From: Candidatus Avedoeria danica
GTDB taxonomy: Bacteria > Chloroflexota > Anaerolineae > Epilineales > Epilineaceae
Assembly (NCBI GenBank): GCA_016703025.1
Contig: JADJCV010000003.1
Span: 23,506 to 87,505 of the forward strand
DNA: 64,000 nucleotides
Direction: 5' to 3'
Numbering within the stretch: the first letter of the stretch is position 1; every line of letters begins with the position of its first letter. Shown piece by piece: positions 21,219 to 29,329 of the stretch. The notes under the pieces are model-generated. The model had not been told where the DNA came from. It did no database searches and saw only the letters and a list, made by a program, of their open reading frames with translations. A program made the translations under genes and the position numbers.

Positions 21219-21310
21219 GGCGCCTGCGAAGGCAGGCGCGCGGTGGCGTGAAGCGCCACCCTCAGCGACGGCTTCAGCCGTTGACCTGAAGGCCTGAGTC
21301 CGGACTTCAG
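21219..21310. terminator. Cluster of four consecutive GC-rich hairpins between convergent holA and tal (REP-like / terminator region)
   Basis: The four hairpins are gcgcctgc-gaag-gcaggcgc, ggtggcg-tgaag-cgccacc, acggc-ttcag-gccgt and ctgaag-(gcctgagtccgga)-cttcag. Confidence 0.45.
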
Positions 21311-21319
21311 ACCCCCTGA

Positions 21320-22435
21320 CTACATCTTCCCCGCCACCGTCGCCACCACCGCCGCCTGCGCCGCCGCGAACTTGGCGACACCTTGGTGCGACAAGTCCTC
21401 CCCGACGGCCTCGAGGTCGATGCCGAGCGCCGCCAGCCGCGCCACGATGGCATCGGCCGTCGCAACATCCGCGTCGATCGTGCGTGCGACGTGGCCGTGG
21501 TCGCGGAAGGCTTCGTACGTGGCCAGTGGCAGCGTGTTCACGGTGTCCGGACCGATGAGCGGAGTCACGTACTTCAGGTCGTCGTACGCCGGGTCCTTGG
21601 CGCTCGTGCTGGCCCAGAGCACGCGCTGAACGCGCGCACCGTGGCGCGCCAGGCGCGCAAAGCGGGTGCTCCCGAAGACGTCCTGGAAGCGCCGATAGGC
21701 CCGTTTGGCGTTCGCCACGGCCGCCTGCCCGCGCAGGAGCGCGACGTCTACCCCGTCGGCCGCCAGCTTGTCCAGGCGATCGTCCACCCAGGTGTCCACC
21801 CGGCTGACGAAGAAGCTGGCCACCGACGCAATCGCATCGATCGGCAGGCCGTCGTGCTCGCGGCGCTCGAGCGCGTCCAGGTAGGCATCGGCGACCGCAT
21901 CGTAGTGGCACAGTGAGAACATCAACGTGATGTTCACGTTGATCCCGTCCGTCAGGCAGGTGCGGATCGCCGGGATCCCGGCGCACGTCGCGGGGATCTT
22001 GATCATGACGTTCGGTCGATCGACCGCTGCCCACAGACGTCGGGCCTCGGCCACCGTGCCCGCCGTGTCGTCGGCCAGCGCCGGTGCCACCTCATGGCTG
22101 ATGTAGCCGTCGACGCCGCCGGTGCGATCCCAGACCGGACGGAAGACGTCGCACGCCGCACGAATATCCTGCAGGGTCACCGCGTCGTAGGTCGCGGCCG
22201 GATCGAGGCCGTTGGCCGCCAGCGCGCCGATCTGCGCGTCGTACGCCGCGCTGTCCGCCACGGCGGCCTGGAAGATCGCCGGGTTCGAGGTCACGCCCCG
22301 GAGGTCATCCTCGGCGATCCAACGCGCCAGCGTGCCGTCCGCGAGCCACTCGCGGCGCAGCTGATCGAGCCACGGGCTCTGCCCGGCGGCGGCGAGCGCC
22401 GCAAGCGGGTTGGACGGAACATGCGGTTCGGACAT
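21320..22435 (-). CDS. tal: Transaldolase
   Basis: 371 aa. MSEPHVPSNPLAALAAAGQSPWLDQL, the active-site region MIKIPAT, and a TALDO family C-terminus. Confidence 0.9.
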   Translation of the reverse strand: MSEPHVPSNPLAALAAAGQSPWLDQLRREWLADGTLARWIAEDDLRGVTSNPAIFQAAVADSAAYDAQIGALAANGLDPAATYDAVTLQDIRAACDVFRPVWDRTGGVDGYISHEVAPALADDTAGTVAEARRLWAAVDRPNVMIKIPATCAGIPAIRTCLTDGINVNITLMFSLCHYDAVADAYLDALERREHDGLPIDAIASVASFFVSRVDTWVDDRLDKLAADGVDVALLRGQAAVANAKRAYRRFQDVFGSTRFARLARHGARVQRVLWASTSAKDPAYDDLKYVTPLIGPDTVNTLPLATYEAFRDHGHVARTIDADVATADAIVARLAALGIDLEAVGEDLSHQGVAKFAAAQAAVVATVAGKM

Positions 22436-22524
22436 CGAGGAACCTCCGCGGGACTTGACTGTCGCGCTCCGCGCAGCGACGCGGGCAACCGCGAGGCGAG
22501 GCTACGGCGCCGCGCGCGGCAGCG

Positions 22525-23220
22525 TCAGGCCGCGGAGGATAGCATCGACCCGTCCAGCGTGCGGATCACGGCGATGACCTTGCCCTGGATCTCGACGTTC
22601 GACGGCGCCGCATAGATCGGCTCCATCGTCGGGTTCATCGGTTGGAGCCGGATGCGGTCGGGGTCGCGCTCGTGATAGTAGCGCTTGAGCGTGGTCTCCT
22701 CGCGGTCGCAAATCCAGGCCGCCACCATGTCGCCGTTGTTGGCGGTCTCCGCCCGCTGCATGACGACGATGTCGCCGTCGTTGATCAGCGCGTCGATCAT
22801 CGACGTCCCGCGCACGACGAGGGCGAAGACGTCCTCGCGACCGCCCACGAGATCGCGCGTCACCTCGATCCACTCGTCCGGGTCCTGGTCACCCGGCACC
22901 GGGATCGGCTGGCCGGCGGCGATGCGGCCGAGCATCGGCAGCCGCATGCGGCTCGAAGGCCGGAAGATCTGGTTGAACTCGTGCCGCGCCTTCTCCGTGA
23001 TCGACAACCCGCGCGAGATCCGGTCGTCGCGCGCGATCAGGCCGCGCTCCTTGAGCTTGTTCAGGTGGTAGTTGATGACGCTCGTCGAGCTGATCTGCAC
23101 GGCTTTGTGCTCGCCGATCTCGCGGATCGTCGGCGGGGAGCCGCGCTCCTCGATGCGCTGGACGATGAACTTGAGGATCTCAAGCTGCCGTGCCGTGAGC
23201 GGTCGTTCCGGTCGCGCCAT
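22525..23220 (-). CDS. lexA: LexA repressor (SOS regulator)
   Basis: 231 aa from Met20 of the track ORF (MARPERPLTARQLEILKFIVQRIEERGSPPTIREIGE, a wHTH). C-terminal S24 peptidase with the Ser region (VVRGTSMIDALINDGD) and Lys (TLKRY). SD GGAGG 7 nt upstream. Two Cheo boxes lie upstream. Confidence 0.9.
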   Translation of the reverse strand: MARPERPLTARQLEILKFIVQRIEERGSPPTIREIGEHKAVQISSTSVINYHLNKLKERGLIARDDRISRGLSITEKARHEFNQIFRPSSRMRLPMLGRIAAGQPIPVPGDQDPDEWIEVTRDLVGGREDVFALVVRGTSMIDALINDGDIVVMQRAETANNGDMVAAWICDREETTLKRYYHERDPDRIRLQPMNPTMEPIYAAPSNVEIQGKVIAVIRTLDGSMLSSAA

Positions 23221-23271
23221 GTCCTGCCTCCTCGCCCTGCGGGTTTGCCGGGTCTGCAGGCCAGTGTAGCG

Positions 23272-23283
23272 GAACACATGTTC
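23272..23283. promoter_or_regulatory. LexA operator (Cheo-type SOS box) GAACACATGTTC upstream of lexA
   Basis: cgGAACACATGTTCGa matches the Gram-positive consensus CGAAC-RNRY-GTTCG. Located 52-63 nt upstream of the lexA ATG. Confidence 0.7.
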
Positions 23284-23301
23284 GATGTCAAGATGTTCGT
23301 T

Positions 23302-23313
23302 GAACGTAAGTTC
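23302..23313. promoter_or_regulatory. Second LexA operator GAACGTAAGTTC upstream of lexA
   Basis: ttGAACGTAAGTTCGa, 30 bp centre-to-centre from the first box. The tandem arrangement is typical of lexA autoregulation. Confidence 0.7.
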
Positions 23314-23347
23314 GACGACTGGGGCCGCCCCTGAGCGGGCCCTCGCC

Positions 23348-23887
23348 TCACCGCAGCCCGACGCGCGCCTCCGGTGACCAGCGCCGGACGCCCGAGCGCG
23401 CCTCGGCCGGCAGCGCCGCCAGCAGCTCGCGGACCGTTCGCCGCAGGCCCGGGTGGACGAGGTCGGGCGCGACGTCGCACAGCGGGACGAGGACGAAGGC
23501 GCGCTCCGCCAGCCGCGGGTGGGGCACGCTCAGTCCGGGCGTTTCGAGCTGCGCATCGCCGTGGAACAGGAGGTCGATGTCGATCGGCCGGGGACCGAAG
23601 CGCGGCGCGCCGGCGTCGCGTCGGCGCCCCAGCGCTCGTTCGATCGCCAGCGCGGCCTCGAGCACCCGCCTGGCCGGCCAGTGGGTCCGGCCAAGGACGA
23701 CGAGGTTGATGAAGTCGCGCTGGTCCGCGAACCCGACGGGCGTCGTCTCGTACCACGGCGAGATCGCCACGATGTCCACGACCTCGCCGAGCTGGGCGAG
23801 CGCGCGCTCGATGTTGTGCGCCCGGTGGCCCTCATTGGCGCCGAGGGAGAACGCGACGAGCGTGCCGACCGGCGCCTCCGGCCGCAC
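23348..23887 (-). CDS. folK: 2-amino-4-hydroxy-6-hydroxymethyldihydropteridine pyrophosphokinase (HPPK)
   Basis: C-terminal about 175 aa of track ORF 23348..24664. VGTLVAFSLGANEG...ISPWYETTPVG...PRPIDIDLL...LSVPHPRLAERAFVLVPL matches FolK. No in-frame ATG, so a GTG start at 23887 is inferred. The upstream part of the track ORF is out of frame and overlaps the BNR gene. Confidence 0.7.
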   Translation of the reverse strand: MRPEAPVGTLVAFSLGANEGHRAHNIERALAQLGEVVDIVAISPWYETTPVGFADQRDFINLVVLGRTHWPARRVLEAALAIERALGRRRDAGAPRFGPRPIDIDLLFHGDAQLETPGLSVPHPRLAERAFVLVPLCDVAPDLVHPGLRRTVRELLAALPAEARSGVRRWSPEARVGLR

Positions 23888-24039
23888 CGAGCCGCCGCGA
23901 CCCCGCCGCTTGGCCTTGGCCGGGCCGGCCGCGCCGGCGACCGCCACATCCGTTGCCCCGACGCCCGCGTCGACGACGTCGTTCAGGACCCCGCGCGTGC
24001 CGTCGGCGACGCGGGCGGTCGGGCGAACGCGCGCGGACT

Positions 24040-27000
24040 TCACGGCCGCCGTACCGCCGGCGGGAGCGCCGGCCCGGCGACCGCGTCGCGGCGTGGCCGC
24101 GGCGTGGAACGCGCGAAGCGGTAGCCGAACGGCAGGTAGATCTCCGGGGTGCCGGGGTCGACGATCGCCCGCGTGGCGGTCGGAGTGGCGGTCGCGGTAG
24201 GCGCATCCGGCGTTTCGGCGGTCGGCGGTGTCGCGGACGGCGTGAGCGGTCCCGGCGTCTCCTCGGGCAGCGACGTCGCCGACGGGACCGGCGCGGTCGT
24301 GGCCGCGGTGGGCGGCGGGGCGGTGGTGGCGGACGGCGCGCCACCGGTCGGCGTTGGGGTGGCGGTCGGCGTCGCCAGGATGGTCCGCGTGCCGGTCGGG
24401 GTGCGCGGCGGGGTGAGCGTCGGGGCGCGATACGTGACGCACAGGCGCGGCCGCTGCGCCGCCGCCGCGCTCTCGCGGCTGGTGAACTTGGCGCGCAGCT
24501 GTTGGGTGGGCAAAGCGTTCATCGGCTCGATCACGAGGCCGTCGTTGCTGGTGCCGGCGAGCCATTTCTCGACCTGCGGCAGCACGTCCCAGGCTTTGTA
24601 GCCGTATGTGGTGTCGAGGACCGGCGCGTCGATGTCGTTGCCGGAAGGCGGACGGTTGTTCCACGTGATGCGGTTCTCGACCCAGGCGCGGGAAACCGTC
24701 GAGATCTCGGACAGCGGCGGTGTGGTGAGCGGCTGGAGGCCGCGGAGGTAGAGTTCGACGCTGGCGGCCTGCAGCTGGCTGCCGGCGGGCAGGGCCGAGA
24801 CGTCGAACTTGAGGTAGATCGCGGTCTTCTCGGCCCCGTCGTTGTAGAGCTGGAGTTCCCCGCCGATGCCGAAGTTGTCGTCGGGCGACGTCTCGCTCAC
24901 GTAGGCATCGTCCTCCACCTCGATGCAGACGGACTCCAGCCCGCCGGGCGTGCCGGTGCCGGGGGCCGGCGTGTCGGTCGGCGTCAGCGTCGGGCTTGGC
25001 GTCGTCGTCGGCGGGACGGTGGGGGTCGGGATGAGGTCCACGATCGGCGAGCCGTCGAGATCGCGGACCCAGACGCCGGAGCGGCCGGCGGCGGCGAACA
25101 GCCGGCCGGTGGGCTCGGTGCCCGCGAACGCGAAGTCAGTGGCGGCCACACGGCCGAGCGAGAGCTGGCCAAACCAGTCCGTGCCGCCGGTGTCGCTGCC
25201 GTAGATCGTCGGCACGTCGTCGCCGTCGCCCTGCTCGCGCCCGAGTCCGAGGAACACCGTCCGATCGCTCCGGAAGTTGGGCGACAGGGCCACGCTGCGC
25301 GGCCGGCCGCGCGCGGCCAACCCGCCGAAGCGATCCTCCCACGATGTGCCGCCGTTCGTCGAGACGAACACCTTGGCCCGCTGTGCATCGGCGGTGTCCT
25401 CGACCGCGACGAACAACGTCCGGTCGAGGTCGAACCGCGGCGAGATCGCCAGATCGTGCACGATGCCCTGACCGGCCAGCAGCCGGACGGTGCTGATCGA
25501 CTCGAACGTATGGCCGTCGATCGTGCGATAGATGACGCCGCGCTGGGTGATGAAGTACGCCGTGGAGTCCGTGTCGAATGTCGGCGAGAACACCGCGTCG
25601 ACGATGTCGCCCGTGCTCGCGTCGAGGTCCTGCCAGCTCGCCCCGCCCGTGTCAGAGTACAGCAGGCCGCTGCCGCCCGAGGTGCCGTTCCACGGTTCGC
25701 GCAGCCCGAGGAGCAGGCTGTACGTGCCCGAGACCGGTCCGACGGCGGTGACGTGCGGCCGGCCGCCGTCGGGCAGCGCGGCGAGCTCGGTCCAGGCCTG
25801 TCCGCCGTTGCGCGACAGCCAGCGGTCGGAGTAGATCCGCTTGTCGCGCGCGTAGTTCGTCGAGGGCAGGAGCTTGGCACCGAACGTGCCGCTGACGAAG
25901 CGCCGCACCCAGATCCGGCCCTCATCCGTGGAGTCGTACAGCACGGACAGCGTCGGCTGGCCGCCGCCGACGCGGTCGAGCCGCTTGGGCGTGATCCGCG
26001 CCAGCGCGAGCGCACGGTGCTCCGACTCCCAGTTCGGGGCGATGATCGACAGCGCCTGCGCCGGCACCGCACCCGTGACGCTGACCGTCGGGTTCGTGCC
26101 GGTGCCGATCCGCAGCAGGCCGAAGCCGTCGAGGCCGACCCATGTCTCGTAGTTGTGCGGGTCGACCTGGATCGAGAGCGGCGCGATCGGTGCCGTCGTG
26201 ATCAGGCTCCAGGACTGGCCGCCGTCCGTGGAGCGGAAGACGCGCCCGTCGGCGAACCCGACCCACGTCGAGTGCACGCCGAACCCGGCCTCGCCGGCGC
26301 CGATCGCCGTCGGCTCGGCGTTCGGCTCGGCCGGCCAGCTGGCCGGCGTCCAGACCGCACCGCCGTCCGTGCTGGCGACCATCGTCCAGACACCGCCCTG
26401 CTTGCCGACCGCGTACACCCGGCGTCCGACGCCCGCCGCGGCAAAGCCCACCGCAAGCGTCGTCGTCGTGGCCGAACTCGGCCCGAGGGCCAAGCGCCAG
26501 ACGTCGGGTACGTTGTCGGAGGTGTACAGCCGGTCGCCCGTCTGCAGGAACAGCTGTGGGCGGTCCGGGGCGGCGAAGAGGTCGGCCAGCTGATCGTTCC
26601 CGCCGATGACCGGCGACACCTGCGTCCATGTGTCGCCCTGGTTGTCGGATGTCGACAGCGATGTCGTCCCGGTCTGCGCCGCGTACACCCGGCCGGTCGT
26701 CGTCGTGTCGAGCAGGTCCATCCGCGTGATGCCGGGCGGGCCGTCCCGGGTGGTCCACGTCATGCCGCCGTCCAGCGAGCGTGCGAGCAGCGGACGGGAT
26801 TGCAGACCGACGTAGAGCTTCTGGCGTTCGATGTCGTCGCGGCCGAGGGCAAGCGCCCGGACGACGGTCGTCTCGGGCCGCGCCGTGTTCGGGACGATCG
26901 GCGACCAAGCGTCGACCTGCGAGCCGGCCCGGAACAGGCCGAAATCGTGGGTGAACAGGGCGTAGTGGCGAAACCCGCCGCGGCGCGTGTCGCCGATGAA

Positions 27001-27204
27001 CTCGACGGCCGCCACGTTGTCGCCGTACATCCCGGTGATCGAACGCCGCCACGCCGGCGTGGCGGCGGCGCGCGCGCCCTCAGCCGCCGGCGGCGCGCGG
27101 ACCGCGGTCAGGAATGCAGCGCACGCCGCCGCCAGCACGACGCACGAGAGTACGACGTACCGTTGCGCGGCGCGGCGATGCGCATGGAGGGGCGAACGGA
27201 ACAT
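24040..27204 (-). CDS. Large secreted BNR/Asp-box-repeat protein (1054 aa) with PT-rich linkers and a C-terminal DNRLRE/CBM-like domain
   Basis: Start at Met57 (MFRSPLHAHRRAAQRYVVLSCVVLAAACAAF, a signal/anchor). Multiple S-x-D-x-G-x-(T/S)-W Asp boxes (TDGGQSW, SDTGGASW, STNGGTSW, SLDGGMTW). PT linkers (TPTVPPTTTPSPTLTPTDTP). C-terminal EDDAYVSETSPDDNFG...AIYLKFDV. Confidence 0.75.
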   Translation of the reverse strand: MFRSPLHAHRRAAQRYVVLSCVVLAAACAAFLTAVRAPPAAEGARAAATPAWRRSITGMYGDNVAAVEFIGDTRRGGFRHYALFTHDFGLFRAGSQVDAWSPIVPNTARPETTVVRALALGRDDIERQKLYVGLQSRPLLARSLDGGMTWTTRDGPPGITRMDLLDTTTTGRVYAAQTGTTSLSTSDNQGDTWTQVSPVIGGNDQLADLFAAPDRPQLFLQTGDRLYTSDNVPDVWRLALGPSSATTTTLAVGFAAAGVGRRVYAVGKQGGVWTMVASTDGGAVWTPASWPAEPNAEPTAIGAGEAGFGVHSTWVGFADGRVFRSTDGGQSWSLITTAPIAPLSIQVDPHNYETWVGLDGFGLLRIGTGTNPTVSVTGAVPAQALSIIAPNWESEHRALALARITPKRLDRVGGGQPTLSVLYDSTDEGRIWVRRFVSGTFGAKLLPSTNYARDKRIYSDRWLSRNGGQAWTELAALPDGGRPHVTAVGPVSGTYSLLLGLREPWNGTSGGSGLLYSDTGGASWQDLDASTGDIVDAVFSPTFDTDSTAYFITQRGVIYRTIDGHTFESISTVRLLAGQGIVHDLAISPRFDLDRTLFVAVEDTADAQRAKVFVSTNGGTSWEDRFGGLAARGRPRSVALSPNFRSDRTVFLGLGREQGDGDDVPTIYGSDTGGTDWFGQLSLGRVAATDFAFAGTEPTGRLFAAAGRSGVWVRDLDGSPIVDLIPTPTVPPTTTPSPTLTPTDTPAPGTGTPGGLESVCIEVEDDAYVSETSPDDNFGIGGELQLYNDGAEKTAIYLKFDVSALPAGSQLQAASVELYLRGLQPLTTPPLSEISTVSRAWVENRITWNNRPPSGNDIDAPVLDTTYGYKAWDVLPQVEKWLAGTSNDGLVIEPMNALPTQQLRAKFTSRESAAAAQRPRLCVTYRAPTLTPPRTPTGTRTILATPTATPTPTGGAPSATTAPPPTAATTAPVPSATSLPEETPGPLTPSATPPTAETPDAPTATATPTATRAIVDPGTPEIYLPFGYRFARSTPRPRRDAVAGPALPPAVRRP

Positions 27205-27433
27205 AAGCGAACGTTCCTGTTGGGGCGGGCCCCGTGCCCGCCCTCCGCGGGCCGACGAAGCACCCGAAAGTCCGGTCGAATGCCCGATCGTCCGGTCGAC
27301 CGTCCGACAATTCTCTCGAAGGACCGATGCCCCATGCGATTGCGTGCAGAGGCGATGACACGACCAAGGCATCGATCAGGACGCACGCCGAGGGAATCAC
27401 GTTACGCCCAGTCGGACAGGGCGGGCGAACCGT

Positions 27434-27970
27434 TCAGTCGGCTCTGTCGCCCAGCCGCCACCCGGGCCGCACGTGCATCGCCTCGAGCCAGGCCCCGGCG
27501 ACCAAGCCCCACACCAGCCAGGACGCGAACAGCACGCGGCCGTCGACCTCCCGCAGCAGCACCGGATCGAGCGCCGGCGCGACGGCCCAACGGACCAGCG
27601 CCCACGCGCCGATGGCTGCCGCGATCGCCCACGCCCGACGCGGCTCGTCGGGCGCGCGGCCGAGCAGTGCGCCGAGGCAGCCGCCGAACAGGGCACCGCC
27701 CGCGACGACGAGCACGGCGCCGAGCGGGGTCGCATCGGCGTACAGCCCGTCGAATGCCTGGCTCTGGCCGATCTGGAGCCAGCGGACAACCGTCGCGCCG
27801 ACGGCGTTCAGCGGCACGGCCCAGCCGCGCACGCCCCCGGCCAGCAGGCGGGCCTCCATCTGGGCGCCGCCGACGAGCGCCAGCAGCGCCGCCGCGCCGG
27901 CGACCGCGCCGCCGATCGCGCCGAGCCATGCCGGATGGGCCGGCCGCGCCCAAGCACGTTCGGGGTTCAC
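27434..27970 (-). CDS. Small polytopic membrane protein (178 aa, 5 predicted TM helices) translationally coupled to sufR
   Basis: GTG start (27968-27970) overlaps the sufR stop TGA (27967-27969) as GTGA. Hydrophobic segments include AWLGAIGGAVAGAAALLALVGGA, PLGAVLVVAGGALFGGCLGALLG, AWAIAAAIGAWALVRWAVA and VLFASWLVWGLVAGAWL. No family recognised. Confidence 0.5.
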   Translation of the reverse strand: MNPERAWARPAHPAWLGAIGGAVAGAAALLALVGGAQMEARLLAGGVRGWAVPLNAVGATVVRWLQIGQSQAFDGLYADATPLGAVLVVAGGALFGGCLGALLGRAPDEPRRAWAIAAAIGAWALVRWAVAPALDPVLLREVDGRVLFASWLVWGLVAGAWLEAMHVRPGWRLGDRAD

Positions 27971-28584
27971 ACCGCGGTTCGGATGCGGTAGATGCACGTG
28001 GCGCTGCCGTCCATCCGCCATTCCTCGCGCTCCACCGCGCCGCCGACGACGGCCTCGATGAGCCGTTCGTCCATGCAACAGACCTCGCGGTGCTGCTCGC
28101 CAAGGGCATGGAACGGGCACGAAAGCTGGTGCAGGACGAAGCCGTCCCCCTCCGGCTGCCAGCTCGTCGTGAACCCCTCGGCCGCCAGGAGCGACACGAC
28201 CGCGTCGAGACGGTCTTCGACGGGCCGGTCGGCGAACGAGCCGCGGTTCGTGTCGGCGATCGACTCGGCCATCGCCGCGAAGACGCCCTCGACCTGGCCG
28301 CGGTCCGCGGCGCGCATCGCGTCGAGGAGCCGCGCGGTCAGGACGGCGAACCGGTTGTCTTCCACGATCGCCTGCCCGCCCGTCTGCGACAACCGAAACA
28401 CGTGCCGCGGTCGCCCGCGCCCGGCGGGCTCGGCGGCGACATCGACGAGACCATCGTCCCGCAGCAGGTGCAGGTGATGGCGCACCGTCACCGGCGCCAG
28501 CCCGACCGCCTCGGCCAACGCCTCGACCGAGCCCGTGCCGTGCTCACGCAGGTACTGTAGGATGTCGCGCCGGGTGCTCTGCAT
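27967..28584 (-). CDS. sufR: SufR-like ArsR-family iron-sulfur cluster transcriptional regulator (wHTH plus C-terminal Cys cluster)
   Basis: 205 aa from Met170 of the track ORF. N-terminal MQSTRRDILQYLREHGTGSVEALAEAVGLAPVTVRHHLHLLRDDGLV. C-terminal LSCPFHALGEQHREVCCMDE...GSATCIY (4 Cys). -10-like TATAAT 7 nt upstream of the ATG (leaderless?). Divergent from sufA-sufS. Confidence 0.7.
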   Translation of the reverse strand: MQSTRRDILQYLREHGTGSVEALAEAVGLAPVTVRHHLHLLRDDGLVDVAAEPAGRGRPRHVFRLSQTGGQAIVEDNRFAVLTARLLDAMRAADRGQVEGVFAAMAESIADTNRGSFADRPVEDRLDAVVSLLAAEGFTTSWQPEGDGFVLHQLSCPFHALGEQHREVCCMDERLIEAVVGGAVEREEWRMDGSATCIYRIRTAV

Positions 28585-28852
28585 GGGGCGATTATACCGT
28601 CTCGAGACGATGCGGGTGCGCCCCGGCATCGCGGGACGTTGATCGGGAGGATGATCGGGTGGTTGAGCAGGTGGTGGATCGGGTGGTTGATGCGGGCGCG
28701 CAGTGCGGATCGCACGTGCGGCCGGCCGCCTCACCGCTGCCTGCGCTGTGCTACACTTGCGGCATCGTCCGAGTCCGTCGGCAGGCCGATCGAGCCGTCG
28801 TCGGATCCCCGTTTTCGGATCACCAGGGACCCCAACAGCAGGAGTGCATGCC

Positions 28853-29329
28853 ATGATCCGCGAAGATACTGCCCCCGCCGTCCGCACGACGACGTTCGTT
28901 ACGCTCTCCCCGGTCACCCTGTCTTCGACTGCGGCGGTCAAGCTGTCCGAAGTCATGGCCCAGAAGGGCATGACGGATGCGGCGCTGCGCGTGTTCGTCA
29001 GCGGCGGCGGCTGCTCGGGCCTGCAGTACGGCATGGCCTTCGACAACGAGATGGATGAGGCCGACCAGGTCTTCGAGAGCGAGGGCGTCAAGGTCGTCGT
29101 CGATCCCGTGAGCCTCCCCTACCTGCAGGGCGCCACGATCGACTTCACCGACTCGCTGATGGGCGGCGGCTTCAAGATCGAGAACCCGAACGCCGTGTCG
29201 AGCTGCGGCTGCGGCACGTCGTTCAAGACGTCCGATCAGGCATCGTCCGGGGCCGAGGGCGAGGCCAAGGCGCAGGGCGGCGGCTGCGGCAGCCACGGCA
29301 GCGGTGGTGGCGGCTGCGGCTGCAGTTGA
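28853..29329 (+). CDS. sufA: HesB/IscA/SufA-type Fe-S cluster insertion protein with an unusual C-terminal Gly/Cys-rich tail
   Basis: 158 aa. RVFVSGGGCSGLQYGMAFD...GVKVVVDPVSLPYLQGATIDFTDSLMGGGFKIENPNAVSSCGCGTSF is the HesB signature with 3 Cys. The tail is GAEGEAKAQGGGCGSHGSGGGGCGCS. GGAG lies 8 nt before ATG 28853. Confidence 0.85.
   Translation: MIREDTAPAVRTTTFVTLSPVTLSSTAAVKLSEVMAQKGMTDAALRVFVSGGGCSGLQYGMAFDNEMDEADQVFESEGVKVVVDPVSLPYLQGATIDFTDSLMGGGFKIENPNAVSSCGCGTSFKTSDQASSGAEGEAKAQGGGCGSHGSGGGGCGCS

Noticed and set aside
19995-22034. 679-aa minus-strand ORF
   Set aside because: Antisense to holA and in the wrong frame across the transaldolase gene. holA and tal are clearly identified on their own strands and frames.
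27402-28109. 235-aa minus-strand ORF overlapping sufR and the membrane gene in another frame
   Set aside because: The SufR wHTH/Cys domain and the coupled membrane protein account for this DNA in different frames. The alternative frame is compositionally biased.
23953-28560. 1535-aa + strand ORF
   Set aside because: Antisense to the BNR-repeat gene, the membrane gene and sufR. Arg/Gly/Pro-rich artefact.
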